Shown: piece by piece, positions 8,509 to 18,073 of the stretch
How the letters are laid out: each line of letters opens with the position of its first letter
Position numbering within the stretch: the stretch's first letter is position 1
Origin: Candidatus Saccharimonadales bacterium
GTDB taxonomy: Bacteria; Patescibacteriota; Saccharimonadia; UBA4664; DATIHN01
Direction: 5' to 3'
Assembly: GCA_035480635.1 (NCBI GenBank)
Contig: DATIHN010000013.1
Span: forward strand, 1-60,494
DNA length: 60,494 nt
Position numbers and translations under genes: made by a program
The notes under the pieces: generated by a model
What the model was told of the DNA's origin: nothing
What the model saw: only the letters and a program-made list of their open reading frames with translations
The model's database searches: none

Positions 8509-9033
8509 CTATTCAGATGCTACTGGTATGGTGGAGGCGGCAAGTGATTCGCTGATTGAAGCATCCCGAACCACGATGGTTTTCTTGGTTACATCAACGA
8601 TTTGTCGACGATCGATCGATAGGTTGGAAGACATCATATTTTTTAAAATTGACTGCTTAACGTAGAGTTTTTGAATCATAAAAGTCTTAATGTTTATGAT
8701 GTAGTCGGCGACTTTACCAATCTTTGTACCAGTTTCGGTTCTAACACTTAGGCCAATAAGTGAAAAATTGTCTTCAAGTAAGCTTTTGAGTCGAACCACT
8801 TCGTCTGGTTCGCTTAGGTCATCTATTGAATTTATCAGGATAACATGGGGATTAACTTGGCGAATGTCTCGGGTGGCAAGAGTTAACTCGTGGCGATGCT
8901 GGTCAAAACAGATCAAAGCCGGTACCTCTAGATTTTTACTATCAATGACTGGCCGCGACACATTCGCCACCTCGGTTCCGCTATCGAGCGCCATAATTGG
9001 TAGCTTTGATATACTGCTTCCGACTACAAACAT
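8509..9033 (-). CDS. Tandem PRC-barrel domain protein
   Basis: LIGLSVRTETGTKIGKVADYIIN...IQKLYV PRC-barrel signature; second degenerate barrel at the N-terminus. Confidence 0.85.
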   Translation of the reverse strand: MFVVGSSISKLPIMALDSGTEVANVSRPVIDSKNLEVPALICFDQHRHELTLATRDIRQVNPHVILINSIDDLSEPDEVVRLKSLLEDNFSLIGLSVRTETGTKIGKVADYIINIKTFMIQKLYVKQSILKNMMSSNLSIDRRQIVDVTKKTIVVRDASISESLAASTIPVASE

Positions 9034-9159
9034 TAACTCTATCCTTGACTATTTACTCCCTGGTACGTAGAATAGCACAGATATAAACTAACCTTTTTCC
9101 TAATTGCGAATAATACACAGTTAGGTCCTCACAAGCTGAGGAGCCATAGAAAGGACATT

Positions 9160-9507
9160 ATGCGAATTTACGAATTAATTGTGCTGTTGCATCCCGATCT
9201 GGAAATCGATGCCGATGCACCGGTGGCAAAAATCGAGAAAATCATTACCGATGCCGGCGGTAAGGTGATTAAGCGTGACAACTGGGGTAAAAAACGTCTG
9301 GCTTATCGGATCAATAAGCATGACTTCGGCGTATATGTCTACTTCAAAGTCCAGCTCCAGCCCGAATCAGTCCGTCAGGTCGAGGACAGTTTGCGGATCA
9401 CCGAGGAGATCATTCGGCACCTCTTGGTGAGCTTCGTCGAGACCAAATCGCCTGCAAAAGAAAATGAACCTAAAAAGACAGCAGCAGCTGTCAGTGAGGA
9501 GGACTAA
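9160..9507 (+). CDS. rpsF: 30S ribosomal protein S6
   Basis: YELIVLLHPDL...WGKKRLAYRINKH..G.Y. Confidence 0.97.
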   Translation: MRIYELIVLLHPDLEIDADAPVAKIEKIITDAGGKVIKRDNWGKKRLAYRINKHDFGVYVYFKVQLQPESVRQVEDSLRITEEIIRHLLVSFVETKSPAKENEPKKTAAAVSEED

Positions 9508-9509
9508 GA

Positions 9510-9956
9510 ATGGCTAAAAGTTTTAACCAAGCTATCGTAATGGGGAACTTAACCCGAGACCCTGAGCTACGAACAACTCCAACTGGTCAGCAAGTGGCAT
9601 CCTTTGCCGTAGCTACCAATCGCAGCTGGCTAGATGGCAGTGGTGAGCGCAAAGAGGCGGTCGAATACCACGAAATCGTGGCCTGGGGCAAATTAGGCGA
9701 GTTAACCGCTCAGTATCTAGCCAAAGGCCGCAAAGTGATGGTGGTTGGACGCTTGCAAACCCAGAGTTGGGAGAAGGATGGCGTCAAACGACAACGGACC
9801 GAGATTGTAGCTAGTGACGTTAACTTCCTGGATCGCCCCGGTGAAGCTGGCAGCCCAGAACCAACCGCCTCGAAGGCGTCTAGTGCCAAAAGTGATGATG
9901 TAATAATCGAAGACATTGGCGATGACAAAGTTAATTTAGACGAAATACCGTTTTAA
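9510..9956 (+). CDS. ssb: Single-stranded DNA-binding protein
   Basis: GNLTRDPELRTT...FAVATNR...GRLQTQSW...acidic EIPF tail. Confidence 0.98.
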   Translation: MAKSFNQAIVMGNLTRDPELRTTPTGQQVASFAVATNRSWLDGSGERKEAVEYHEIVAWGKLGELTAQYLAKGRKVMVVGRLQTQSWEKDGVKRQRTEIVASDVNFLDRPGEAGSPEPTASKASSAKSDDVIIEDIGDDKVNLDEIPF

Positions 9957-9965
9957 GGAGTATCA

Positions 9966-10184
9966 ATGGCTAACTACTACACCAAAAAAGTCTGTCGGTT
10001 TTGTGCCGATAAGGTTGAAGACGTCGACTACAAGGACGTTAAACTATTGCAGCGCTACATTAATTCCTACGGCAAAATTGAATCACGCAAGCGCAGTGGC
10101 AACTGTTTGAAGCACCAGCGGCGCGTTGCCGTGGCTTTAAAGCGGGCTCGGCACATTGCATTGATTCCCTTTGTAGTGCGATAA
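9966..10184 (+). CDS. rpsR: 30S ribosomal protein S18 (Zn-binding form)
   Basis: CRFC...[13 protein letters not shown]...GKI...[21 protein letters not shown]. Confidence 0.97.
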   Translation: MANYYTKKVCRFCADKVEDVDYKDVKLLQRYINSYGKIESRKRSGNCLKHQRRVAVALKRARHIALIPFVVR

Positions 10185-10204
10185 ACTAAATATCCGCATA
10201 ATAA

Positions 10205-10765
10205 ATGTATTCAATTAACGACCTCAAAAAAGAGACTTTGATTTCCCTCGACGGGGTGCCATTTAAAGTGGTTGATTCTCAGCACGTCAGCCTAGGTCGG
10301 GGTGGAGCCGTCATGCGAACTAAACTCAAGAATCTTCTAAATGGGTCGGTTCAAGAGCGGACTTTTCGCCCAGCCGAGAAAGTTGAACCTGCCCAGATCG
10401 ACAGGCTGCAGATGCAGTTTTTGTACCGCGATGGGCAGCAGTATCACTTCATGAACGAAGCTACCTACGAACAGGAGGCCATTGGTCAGGATGTCTTGGG
10501 TGAGGCGGCCAGGTTCATTGCCGAGGGCAGCACCGTCACACTTATTAACTTTGGGGGCAAAGTCATTGGTCTTGAGCTGCCAAACTCGTTGTTTTTGAAA
10601 ATCACCCAGACCGAACCAGGGATACGGGGCGATACTGCGACAGCGGCCATGAAAACGGCCACGGTTGAAACGGGTGTCCAACTTCAAGTCCCGTTGTTTA
10701 TTAACCCTGGTGATGTCGTAAAAGTTGACACTCGGACGGGCCAATATCTTGAGCGCAAAAAGTAA
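10205..10765 (+). CDS. efp: Elongation factor P
   Basis: HVSLGRGGAVMRTKLKNL (Arg at the modified position), TEPGIRGDT, VPLFINPGD.VKVDTRTGQYLER. Confidence 0.97.
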   Translation: MYSINDLKKETLISLDGVPFKVVDSQHVSLGRGGAVMRTKLKNLLNGSVQERTFRPAEKVEPAQIDRLQMQFLYRDGQQYHFMNEATYEQEAIGQDVLGEAARFIAEGSTVTLINFGGKVIGLELPNSLFLKITQTEPGIRGDTATAAMKTATVETGVQLQVPLFINPGDVVKVDTRTGQYLERKK

Positions 10766-11477
10766 AGTCAGACTAGACCAACTGCTGGTCGACATCGGTC
10801 TGGCTGAATCAAAATCGAAGGCCCAGGCACTAATTATGGCTGGTCGTATCAAATTGGATGGCAATGTTGCAGCCAAAGCTGGACTGTTAGTTATGCCAGA
10901 TGGTCGCGTTGAAGTGGCAGAAGCGCCAAAGTATGTCTCAAGAGGCGGCGACAAGCTAGCTTCGGTCGCGGACGAATTGCGGTTGGAATTCGCTGGCAAA
11001 ACAGTTCTGGACGTTGGGGCCTCAACCGGCGGCTTCACCGATTTCGCCCTCCAAAATGGCGCTACCAAAGTCATCGCAGTCGACGTCGGTACTGGCCAGA
11101 TGGATTGGCGCTTGCGTCAGGACGATCGAGTTGAGATTCATGAGCAAACTGACGTCAGGGCCTTCGAGTCCGATCAAAAAGTTGATATCGCAATGATCGA
11201 TGTTTCGTTCATCTCGATCTTAAAAATCATCGATACGGTGGCCATGTGCGTGAAGCCAAATGGTCAAATTGTAGCCATGATCAAACCTCAGTTCGAGGCT
11301 GGCAAACCCCTGGCCGACAAATCTGCCGGCGTCATTAGCGATCCGAAAATGAGAGCCGAAATCATCGAGCGAGTTAAGTTAGAGCTTGGGTCAAAGTTTG
11401 ATATCGTTGCATCGGCCGATTCAGCCGTCCTTGGACCCAAAGGCAATCAAGAACATTTCGTGGTTTTAGTTGCCTGA
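10725..11477 (+). CDS. tlyA: TlyA family rRNA 2'-O-methyltransferase (true start probably slightly downstream)
   Basis: S4 domain RLDQLLV, YVSRGGDKL, LDVGASTGGFTD, VDVGTGQ, DVSFIS, IKPQFEAG, GPKGNQE. Confidence 0.95.
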   Translation: MTLGRANILSAKSKVRLDQLLVDIGLAESKSKAQALIMAGRIKLDGNVAAKAGLLVMPDGRVEVAEAPKYVSRGGDKLASVADELRLEFAGKTVLDVGASTGGFTDFALQNGATKVIAVDVGTGQMDWRLRQDDRVEIHEQTDVRAFESDQKVDIAMIDVSFISILKIIDTVAMCVKPNGQIVAMIKPQFEAGKPLADKSAGVISDPKMRAEIIERVKLELGSKFDIVASADSAVLGPKGNQEHFVVLVA

Positions 11478-11478
11478 T

Positions 11479-11769
11479 ATGAGAATGAAACAGTACTACG
11501 TTTACATTATGGCTAATGACCGCCCAACTCTATATATCGGCGTCACTAATGACCTCAAACGCAGGGTCTTTGAACATAAAGAAGCTAAAATTCCTGGTTT
11601 TACTAATCGCTACGCTCTTAAGAAATTGGTCTATTTTGAACAATGCGACTCAATAGAAACAGCAATCACGAGAGAAAAACACTTGAAGCACTGGAAAAGA
11701 GCCTGGAAACTCGAGTTGATTCAGAAAGATAACCCGGATCTTAATGACTTGTACGAAAACATTGTTTGA
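11479..11769 (+). CDS. Small GIY-YIG nuclease family protein
   Basis: YYVYIMAN....LYIGVTNDLKRRVFEHK...GFT.RY..KKLVYFE....AI.REK.LK.W.R.WK. Confidence 0.93.
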   Translation: MRMKQYYVYIMANDRPTLYIGVTNDLKRRVFEHKEAKIPGFTNRYALKKLVYFEQCDSIETAITREKHLKHWKRAWKLELIQKDNPDLNDLYENIV

Positions 11770-11841
11770 TTCTCGCTTTCGCAAGAATGACGAAATGAAG
11801 TCATCCTTGAGCGGAAACGTAGTGTTCCGGATCGAGGATCT
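11768..11841. repeat. REP-like palindromic arms downstream of the GIY-YIG gene
   Basis: GATTCTCGCTTTCGCAAGAATGAC (11768-11791) then GTCATCCTTGAGCGGAAACGTAGTGTTCCGGATCGAGGATCT (11800-11841); both fold into hairpins. Confidence 0.6.
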
Positions 11842-12919
11842 AAACGTTGAAGCGGAATTCGACAACGTCACCATCTTGCATTATGTAGTCCTTGCCCTCA
11901 AGGCGTAATTTGCCTTGGGCTTTGGCAGCGGCGATTGAACCGGCTGCCACCAAATCATCGAAGCTAACAATCTCGGCTTTGATAAAACCCTTGGCAAAAT
12001 CGGTATGAATGACGCCGGCGGCTTGAGGGGCGGTATCGCCGCGATTAATTGTCCAAGCGCGGACTTCCTTGGGGCCGGCCGTCAGAAATGATTGCAAATT
12101 TAAAGCCTTGAAACCAGCCGCTGCTAACTGGCTCAGACCTGATTCAGCCTGCCCAACGGTGGCCAATAGTTCCCGAGCCTCGGCCGGATCCAACTCAACT
12201 AATTCAGCCTCCAGTTTGGCTGACAAAAAAACACTGGGGCAGGGGGCCACTAAGGCCTCAAGTCGCTTTTTTACAGCCTCATCACCCAACTGATCTTCAC
12301 CCAAGTTAAAAGCGATGATGAACGGCTTAGCGCTCAGTAATTGCAAATCACGCAGTTCATCAAGTTCGGTCGAATCGAGGAATGAACCAGCCAATTTGCC
12401 GGCACCCAGTTCAGATCTAACTCGCTCTAGTAATTGTAGCCGATCAGCCGCTTTGGGGTCGGCCTTGGTTTCGCCCCGAACCCTGCTTATTTGGTTATCA
12501 ATGGTGGCAATATCGGCCAAGATCAATTCGGCGTTGACGGTCTCGATGTCGTTTTTGGGGTCAATCGCTGCTGAAACGTGTTGGACATCCGCGTCTTCGA
12601 AAGCCCGTACGACCTGGCAAATGGCATTGGTCTCGCGGATGTGGGCCAAGAATTTATTGCCCAAACCTTCGCCCTGGCTGGCGCCGCGGACTAGCCCGGC
12701 AATATCGACGAAGGTTACCACCGCCGGTGTGATCTTAGCCGGGTGGACTAGTTCAGCCAGCTGGTTCAGCCGCTCATCGGGCACGGCCGCAATGCCAACA
12801 TTTGGTTCTATGGTGGCAAAGGGGTAATTGGCGGCCAGAGCGTGGTTTTTGGTTAGGGCGTTGAACAGGGTCGATTTACCGACGTTGGGCAGACCGACGA
12901 TTCCGATCGATAGTGACAT
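11840..12919 (-). CDS. ychF: Redox-regulated ATPase YchF
   Basis: GIVGLPNVGKSTLFNALT, NYPFATIEPN, DIAGLVRGASQGEGLGNKFL, HTDFAKGFIKAE, EGKDYIMQDGDV. Confidence 0.98.
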   Translation of the reverse strand: MSLSIGIVGLPNVGKSTLFNALTKNHALAANYPFATIEPNVGIAAVPDERLNQLAELVHPAKITPAVVTFVDIAGLVRGASQGEGLGNKFLAHIRETNAICQVVRAFEDADVQHVSAAIDPKNDIETVNAELILADIATIDNQISRVRGETKADPKAADRLQLLERVRSELGAGKLAGSFLDSTELDELRDLQLLSAKPFIIAFNLGEDQLGDEAVKKRLEALVAPCPSVFLSAKLEAELVELDPAEARELLATVGQAESGLSQLAAAGFKALNLQSFLTAGPKEVRAWTINRGDTAPQAAGVIHTDFAKGFIKAEIVSFDDLVAAGSIAAAKAQGKLRLEGKDYIMQDGDVVEFRFNV

Positions 12920-12979
12920 GGCGGCTATTCTACCAGATAGGCAGGCGACTAACCAGCCCTGAAGCGCTTATGCTATAAT

Positions 12980-15769
12980 TTGACCAAAGTTATGCGAAAT
13001 TATTTGCCGTTTACAGCTAAAGGCAAAAGGGGACTATCCAGGTTGCGCCTCAACCCCAAGAATCAGCGTGCCTACTTTACCCTGGGTGTTCTGGGGATAG
13101 CATCTTCATTAGTTTTTTTGGTGGGGCATTATGCGAGCGCCTATTACCAAAACGGCTGCACTAATGATTATGGGAAGGTTGAATATGAGTGGAATGATAA
13201 TGGCTATCACTACCAAGCTAGATCTTTTCGTAGTGGAGCCAACAATGACCCCGGACTCTTTTTTGGAGCACTACTCTCGAGTGAGACATGTACCTGGAAC
13301 AATGTCTCCTATACTCAACCGGACGGAACAGTCACTAGCAATGGTGGTGCCAGATTGCACGGATTTGTTGATACCAACGATTCTTTTTACAAATGGGGTG
13401 GACAAAGAGCGGTTGAAGTTCGGTTAGGAGTTCCAGATCAAAATACTGCCAACAATCACGGATTATTTATCGATTATACCAAAGCCGGCGCAGTGTCCGT
13501 TGCCCCTTACAGCCGTCCACCTCAGTACGCCAGAGACTGGCGTTCGCCTGCAGCTTTTACTGACGATGCTGGTGGAGCCGGCATAGATAGCCCTCGCTTT
13601 GGCAAAACTGGCATATGGTGCTGGCGATTGGGGTCTGACCCCCAGATCGTCGCCGACGGCTACGGCAGCATTCCATGTGCGCCTTGGACGGCAAATAATC
13701 AATTGCCTTGGTCTCAGAATGCTTTCGGTGTTTATCAAGTAAACCCACCCTACAGTTACCCAATAGGTTCTGCGCAGACAAAGGGAGCCGGGTTTATGTT
13801 CACACAAGAGAATTGTCATTTGTCCGATACTGTCAACCTGGCGAGCGACGCCAATAGTCATCGGACTATTTTCCCGCCCGGTGGCCTGACGGGTGTCGAC
13901 TATACACATGATTACGATAGTATGGGTGGGGCAAAATACCCAGGTAGCTCGGCTGTTGCATGCAACAACCCCGCCAACTGGGTTTGGTATAATCAGACGG
14001 CTATCGGGGCTGGATCAGTCCAACCGTTGATGAATAATCCTGGCAAAAAGCTCAATGGCAACATGGCATCTTGTACCAATAATCAAAGTCAAGCTAATCA
14101 GTGCATGGATTTGACCAATTTTATCGGTTGCGCTGGCAATGACTGTGATCATATGAATGATGCCGTGGATGGCTTTACTCTCAGGGAATATGAACAAAAT
14201 TCTTCCAGTGACAATACTCAATCCAAAGCTGATTTTTCCAATTCAGAAACTTGGCTCACATTTAAATACCCAATCCCGGCAGCGGTTCAAGTAACCAAAA
14301 AACCAAACGGTTGTTTCTTTGCCGAAAATACTGATATATTCCGGACCGCCACCGGTGGCTGCACTAGTGGTGTCCCTGGCTTTGCCATTACAATTGACCC
14401 GAGACTGGCCAACTACAATAATGGTGCATTTCCGATCCTGGGCAAAATTAGCAGCCTGACCATAACCGATACCCTCGATTCAAATCATGAAGTTTATATG
14501 GGTACACCATCACAGGCATGTGCTCAGAGCCCTACTACTTCACCCCAGGTAAACGGTCCGCCGGGCGGGACAATTACCTGGACCCTAGACAGTACACAGA
14601 TTGATCGTTTGAATAGCAATACCACTATCCAGTTGTGCTTCTTGGCCAGAACCAATACGATCAATGGCCCTGGCCCAGTGCCATTTAACAACACAGTTCA
14701 CACGCGTGGTTTTGCCAACACCGGACAGCTGGTTATCACCTATAATTCGACAACCGGTGGGCGGCCCTTACTTCAAGGTGACGAAGTAGCCATTAACTAC
14801 ATTTATTCGCCCGAGTATCCCTACCTCACAACCGGAGCGGGGGACGTCCATTCCGGCGGTGATTACCCGTACTTTCGGGTCGCCTGTAAGGTTAGTTCAA
14901 CTGATAACGTCAGAGGCCAATCCGGAGCGGCCGTCTCGAAAGGCGATTATGTGGTTTCGGCCGGTGGCTTAGTGACAAACTTCCCCGGTGGCCCACTCGG
15001 CATCTTAACTGCCAACAGGTACAGCGGGGTTTGCCGCCCAGACTTAATTGCTGACCCGGGCATAGGTGCTGTTAGCTATTCTTCCACCAAACCAACTGTG
15101 ACTTTCAACGGCAACGCATCGGATTTATCGAAAGATACCAATAACATTAAGAACTTAGATCAATGGCTGACTGACCCTAACACGCCCGATGGCATACTGA
15201 TACATGTGACAGGGAACGCTACTATTACTACCAGCCCTCTAACGCTCAGTAATCGAGTAACTCTATGGGCCGACGGTAACGTCACATTGGCAGGCAATGT
15301 TTTTGAATCAACCACCACGGCCCGACCGGCCCTGCAACTGGCATCATTTGGGGTCATTGCTGGCGGCAATATCAATATTGGACAGCTGGTGACTCAAATC
15401 CAAGGCTTCCTCTATTCTCAAAAGCAAACTACAACTTGTACCGATAACAACGGTACGCCCTACGTCGATGGTGCGGTCGGTTCCCCTCAGCATCGCGATT
15501 TGCTCAGCAACTGCCAACGTACTCTCTTCCTCTACGGTTTAATGTCATCTCAAACTTTCGACTTCAATCGAGTGGGGGATCGCAACATCCGAGGTCCGGT
15601 CAGAACCGAGGCTATAAACATTGTTCCGGGTGCTCTCAATCAAGCGCTTGATATAACTAATAGCCAATTCTACGGCCTCTTATTCGTGGCCCCACCGCCA
15701 GTATTTGATGGTGTGATAACGTCTGGGTCGGCAGCCACTGGTATTAATTTGGAGCCACCAAAATATTAA
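12980..15769 (+). CDS. Large surface/pilus-associated protein (N-terminal TM, Cys-rich region, DUF11-like Ig domain, C-terminal beta-rich domain); start may be ATG 12992
   Basis: 929 aa; hydrophobic segment near aa 32-52; VTKK...LTITDTL...ITWTL...FNNT Ig-like motif; first gene of the pilus locus. Confidence 0.75.
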   Translation: MTKVMRNYLPFTAKGKRGLSRLRLNPKNQRAYFTLGVLGIASSLVFLVGHYASAYYQNGCTNDYGKVEYEWNDNGYHYQARSFRSGANNDPGLFFGALLSSETCTWNNVSYTQPDGTVTSNGGARLHGFVDTNDSFYKWGGQRAVEVRLGVPDQNTANNHGLFIDYTKAGAVSVAPYSRPPQYARDWRSPAAFTDDAGGAGIDSPRFGKTGIWCWRLGSDPQIVADGYGSIPCAPWTANNQLPWSQNAFGVYQVNPPYSYPIGSAQTKGAGFMFTQENCHLSDTVNLASDANSHRTIFPPGGLTGVDYTHDYDSMGGAKYPGSSAVACNNPANWVWYNQTAIGAGSVQPLMNNPGKKLNGNMASCTNNQSQANQCMDLTNFIGCAGNDCDHMNDAVDGFTLREYEQNSSSDNTQSKADFSNSETWLTFKYPIPAAVQVTKKPNGCFFAENTDIFRTATGGCTSGVPGFAITIDPRLANYNNGAFPILGKISSLTITDTLDSNHEVYMGTPSQACAQSPTTSPQVNGPPGGTITWTLDSTQIDRLNSNTTIQLCFLARTNTINGPGPVPFNNTVHTRGFANTGQLVITYNSTTGGRPLLQGDEVAINYIYSPEYPYLTTGAGDVHSGGDYPYFRVACKVSSTDNVRGQSGAAVSKGDYVVSAGGLVTNFPGGPLGILTANRYSGVCRPDLIADPGIGAVSYSSTKPTVTFNGNASDLSKDTNNIKNLDQWLTDPNTPDGILIHVTGNATITTSPLTLSNRVTLWADGNVTLAGNVFESTTTARPALQLASFGVIAGGNINIGQLVTQIQGFLYSQKQTTTCTDNNGTPYVDGAVGSPQHRDLLSNCQRTLFLYGLMSSQTFDFNRVGDRNIRGPVRTEAINIVPGALNQALDITNSQFYGLLFVAPPPVFDGVITSGSAATGINLEPPKY

Positions 15770-15814
15770 TGAAGCAACTTCACAGGGCAAAACAGTTATG
15801 CTAAGGTTATATTA

Positions 15815-16855
15815 ATGGGTATTCTTTCGCGGGATTCGGACTACTTTGGTCTCGATATAGGTGAGACTGCGATCAGAATCGTTCAGCTTAGGCGGAGCGG
15901 CTCTAAGCCGTCTTTGGTCAGTTATGGCGACGCACCTTTAAGTGTGGGCGCTGTTCGTAGCGATTCGACGGCCGATGTCGGTAAACTTGGCCAGGCCGTG
16001 GCTCAGTTAGTTAAAGACTTGCGCCTTACTACCAAAAACGTCGTGGCCGGGTTGCCGGCATCGAAGGTCTTTGCTTCCATTATTACCACCCCAAAGCTAT
16101 CCGAAGCAGAACTGGCTAAAGCCATCCCTTTGCAAGCTGACCAGTACATCCCGATGCCGATTGATCAGGTCAAAGTCGACTGGAGTGTACTGGGACCAGG
16201 TGTGACCGAAAACGAACTCGAGGTCCTACTAGTAGCTGCGCCCAAAACCATTACCGATAAGTATTTACGTATATTGGAAACGGCTGGCCTAGAGGTTATG
16301 GCGCTAGAAATCAATTCAACGGCCCTCTATCGAGCCCTGGTGCCTCCAACTAGCCCAGCGGTGTTAGTGCTTGATATGGGTTCGATCGCTAGCGACCTAG
16401 CCATTATTCATGAACATTCTCCCAGATTGATCCGCTCGATCAGCGTTGGCGGGCAAACTTTGGTCAAAGCCGCTTCGCAAAGTTTGGGCCTGGACGATGC
16501 TCAGGCTGAGCAATTCGTTCACAAATTCGGTCTGACTCAAACCAAACTGGAAGGCCAAGTCTTCAAAGCTATTAAACCCAGCCTAGATATCCTAATTGAA
16601 GAGGTCCAGAAATCGATCAAGTTCTTTACCGGTCGCTACCCCCAAGCCAAACTCGAAAAGCTAGTTCTAACCGGCGGTACTTCATCGCTGCTTGAACTGC
16701 CAACTTACATTGCCACTGCCATCGGTCTGCCTGTCGAAATTGGCAATGCCTGGATTAACGTGTCCTACCCAGCCTCATTACAAGAAAAACTCATCACTGT
16801 ATCGTCGCACTACGGTGTGGCTTCCGGTCTAGCCCAGAGGAACTTCGTCGAATGA
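15815..16855 (+). CDS. pilM: Type IV pilus assembly protein PilM
   Basis: FGLDIGETAIRIVQL actin-like fold, EADQYIP-like segment, LLVAAPK, VLDMG, LVLTGG. Confidence 0.95.
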   Translation: MGILSRDSDYFGLDIGETAIRIVQLRRSGSKPSLVSYGDAPLSVGAVRSDSTADVGKLGQAVAQLVKDLRLTTKNVVAGLPASKVFASIITTPKLSEAELAKAIPLQADQYIPMPIDQVKVDWSVLGPGVTENELEVLLVAAPKTITDKYLRILETAGLEVMALEINSTALYRALVPPTSPAVLVLDMGSIASDLAIIHEHSPRLIRSISVGGQTLVKAASQSLGLDDAQAEQFVHKFGLTQTKLEGQVFKAIKPSLDILIEEVQKSIKFFTGRYPQAKLEKLVLTGGTSSLLELPTYIATAIGLPVEIGNAWINVSYPASLQEKLITVSSHYGVASGLAQRNFVE

Positions 16856-17412
16856 GTATCAAGATCAACCTGCTGCCAGACGTTCGCCAGGAGAAGTTGC
16901 AAGAAAAGCAGCGCCGCCAGCTGGCCGCCACCATTGCTATTGCTACAGGTGTAGTGGGCCTGGCTCTGATAGTGGTTGGCTTTGTCATTGTTCAAGGTCA
17001 AAATTTGCGCATAGCGCTCCTAACCAGAAGCATTCGCGATAAAAAGCAGCAAGTTGCTAGCTTCCAAGACGTTGGCACCATTCTATCGTTGCAAGGCCGG
17101 GTGGCGGCTCTACCGCAACTCTACTCGCAACGTACCTATATGACGGAACTAACCAGCATACTTTCGACCCATGAACCAAGCGATGTGGCCTTCACTAATC
17201 TGACCATAGCCAGCCAACAGCTGACTTTGAGCGCCGAAGCCAAGAGCTACTTAGCCGCTGCTCGGATTGCCAAAGCTATGGAAGCTGCTGCTAGTAGCGA
17301 CCAAACCAAATTCTTCTCCAACGTCCAGCTTTCCAGCGTGACTTTGAATAATGGCAAGGTTGCCTACACTATTACCGCCACTATTAATTCTGGAGCTACC
17401 GATGGCAAATAG
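16852..17412 (+). CDS. pilN: Type IV pilus assembly protein PilN
   Basis: N-terminal INLLP motif, single TM, position after pilM. Confidence 0.88.
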   Translation: MSIKINLLPDVRQEKLQEKQRRQLAATIAIATGVVGLALIVVGFVIVQGQNLRIALLTRSIRDKKQQVASFQDVGTILSLQGRVAALPQLYSQRTYMTELTSILSTHEPSDVAFTNLTIASQQLTLSAEAKSYLAAARIAKAMEAAASSDQTKFFSNVQLSSVTLNNGKVAYTITATINSGATDGK

Positions 17413-18073
17413 CATTAAAAAGCCCAGACTTTCGACCAACGCCCTAATCGCTTTAAGTGCGGTGGCAGTGGCGCTAGTGGTGATCATCGTCTTGGTCTTT
17501 GGCCGTTCGCTAATTAAGCGGATTGGGCATAATAATGCCGTTATTACCAAAAAGGCCTCAGCCGAAAAGCAGCTCAAGCAGAACCTAGCCAACTTACCTG
17601 GACTATCCCAAGCCTATTCAAACCTTGGCCCAACCAAAACAGTAATTAATGATGCTCTGCCAACGACTGCTAGCTTCCCAGATCTAGTTGCCACCATTGA
17701 ATCAATCGCTGGCACCAGCGGTGTGGCTCTACAAAGTGTTTCGCCAGCCCTGGTTTCTTCAGCTGCTGCCTCAAGCGCTGCACCAACATCATCATCACCC
17801 AGTGCTGCGGTTCAATCAATTAATGGCACGAGCAGTTCTACAACTAGTGTCCAACCAAGCGGTCCTCAACCATATCAGTTCAGTATGTCGATTCAAGGTA
17901 ATTACGATTCATTGGTTAAATTCCTGCACAACTTACAGCTCTCGGCCCGGCCAATCATCATCAGTGGCGTGCAGGTCACTGGGACGAATGATGCTCTAAC
18001 CGCCACTGTCACGGGTCAGACCTTCTACTTTAACCCGCAGGTATTAGAGGATAAGACCGAGGTAGTCAAATGA
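17402..18073 (+). CDS. pilO: Type IV pilus assembly protein PilO (Ser/Ala linker insertion)
   Basis: TM, coiled coil, ALP......PDLVATIE.IA..SGVALQSV, I.G.YDSLVKFL..LQ...RPI; ATG at 17402. Confidence 0.85.
   Translation: MANSIKKPRLSTNALIALSAVAVALVVIIVLVFGRSLIKRIGHNNAVITKKASAEKQLKQNLANLPGLSQAYSNLGPTKTVINDALPTTASFPDLVATIESIAGTSGVALQSVSPALVSSAAASSAAPTSSSPSAAVQSINGTSSSTTSVQPSGPQPYQFSMSIQGNYDSLVKFLHNLQLSARPIIISGVQVTGTNDALTATVTGQTFYFNPQVLEDKTEVVK

Noticed and set aside
10337-11074. Long antisense ORFs in the track (e.g. 10337-11074, 20131-20643, 41965-42483, 36134-36676, 6974-7429)
   Set aside because: They shadow well-supported genes on the opposite strand and have no motifs.
17755-17850. Low-complexity Ser/Ala/Thr stretch in pilO and short tandem repeats at ~26440-26570
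   Set aside because: Ordinary coding linkers; no evidence of phase-variable repeats.
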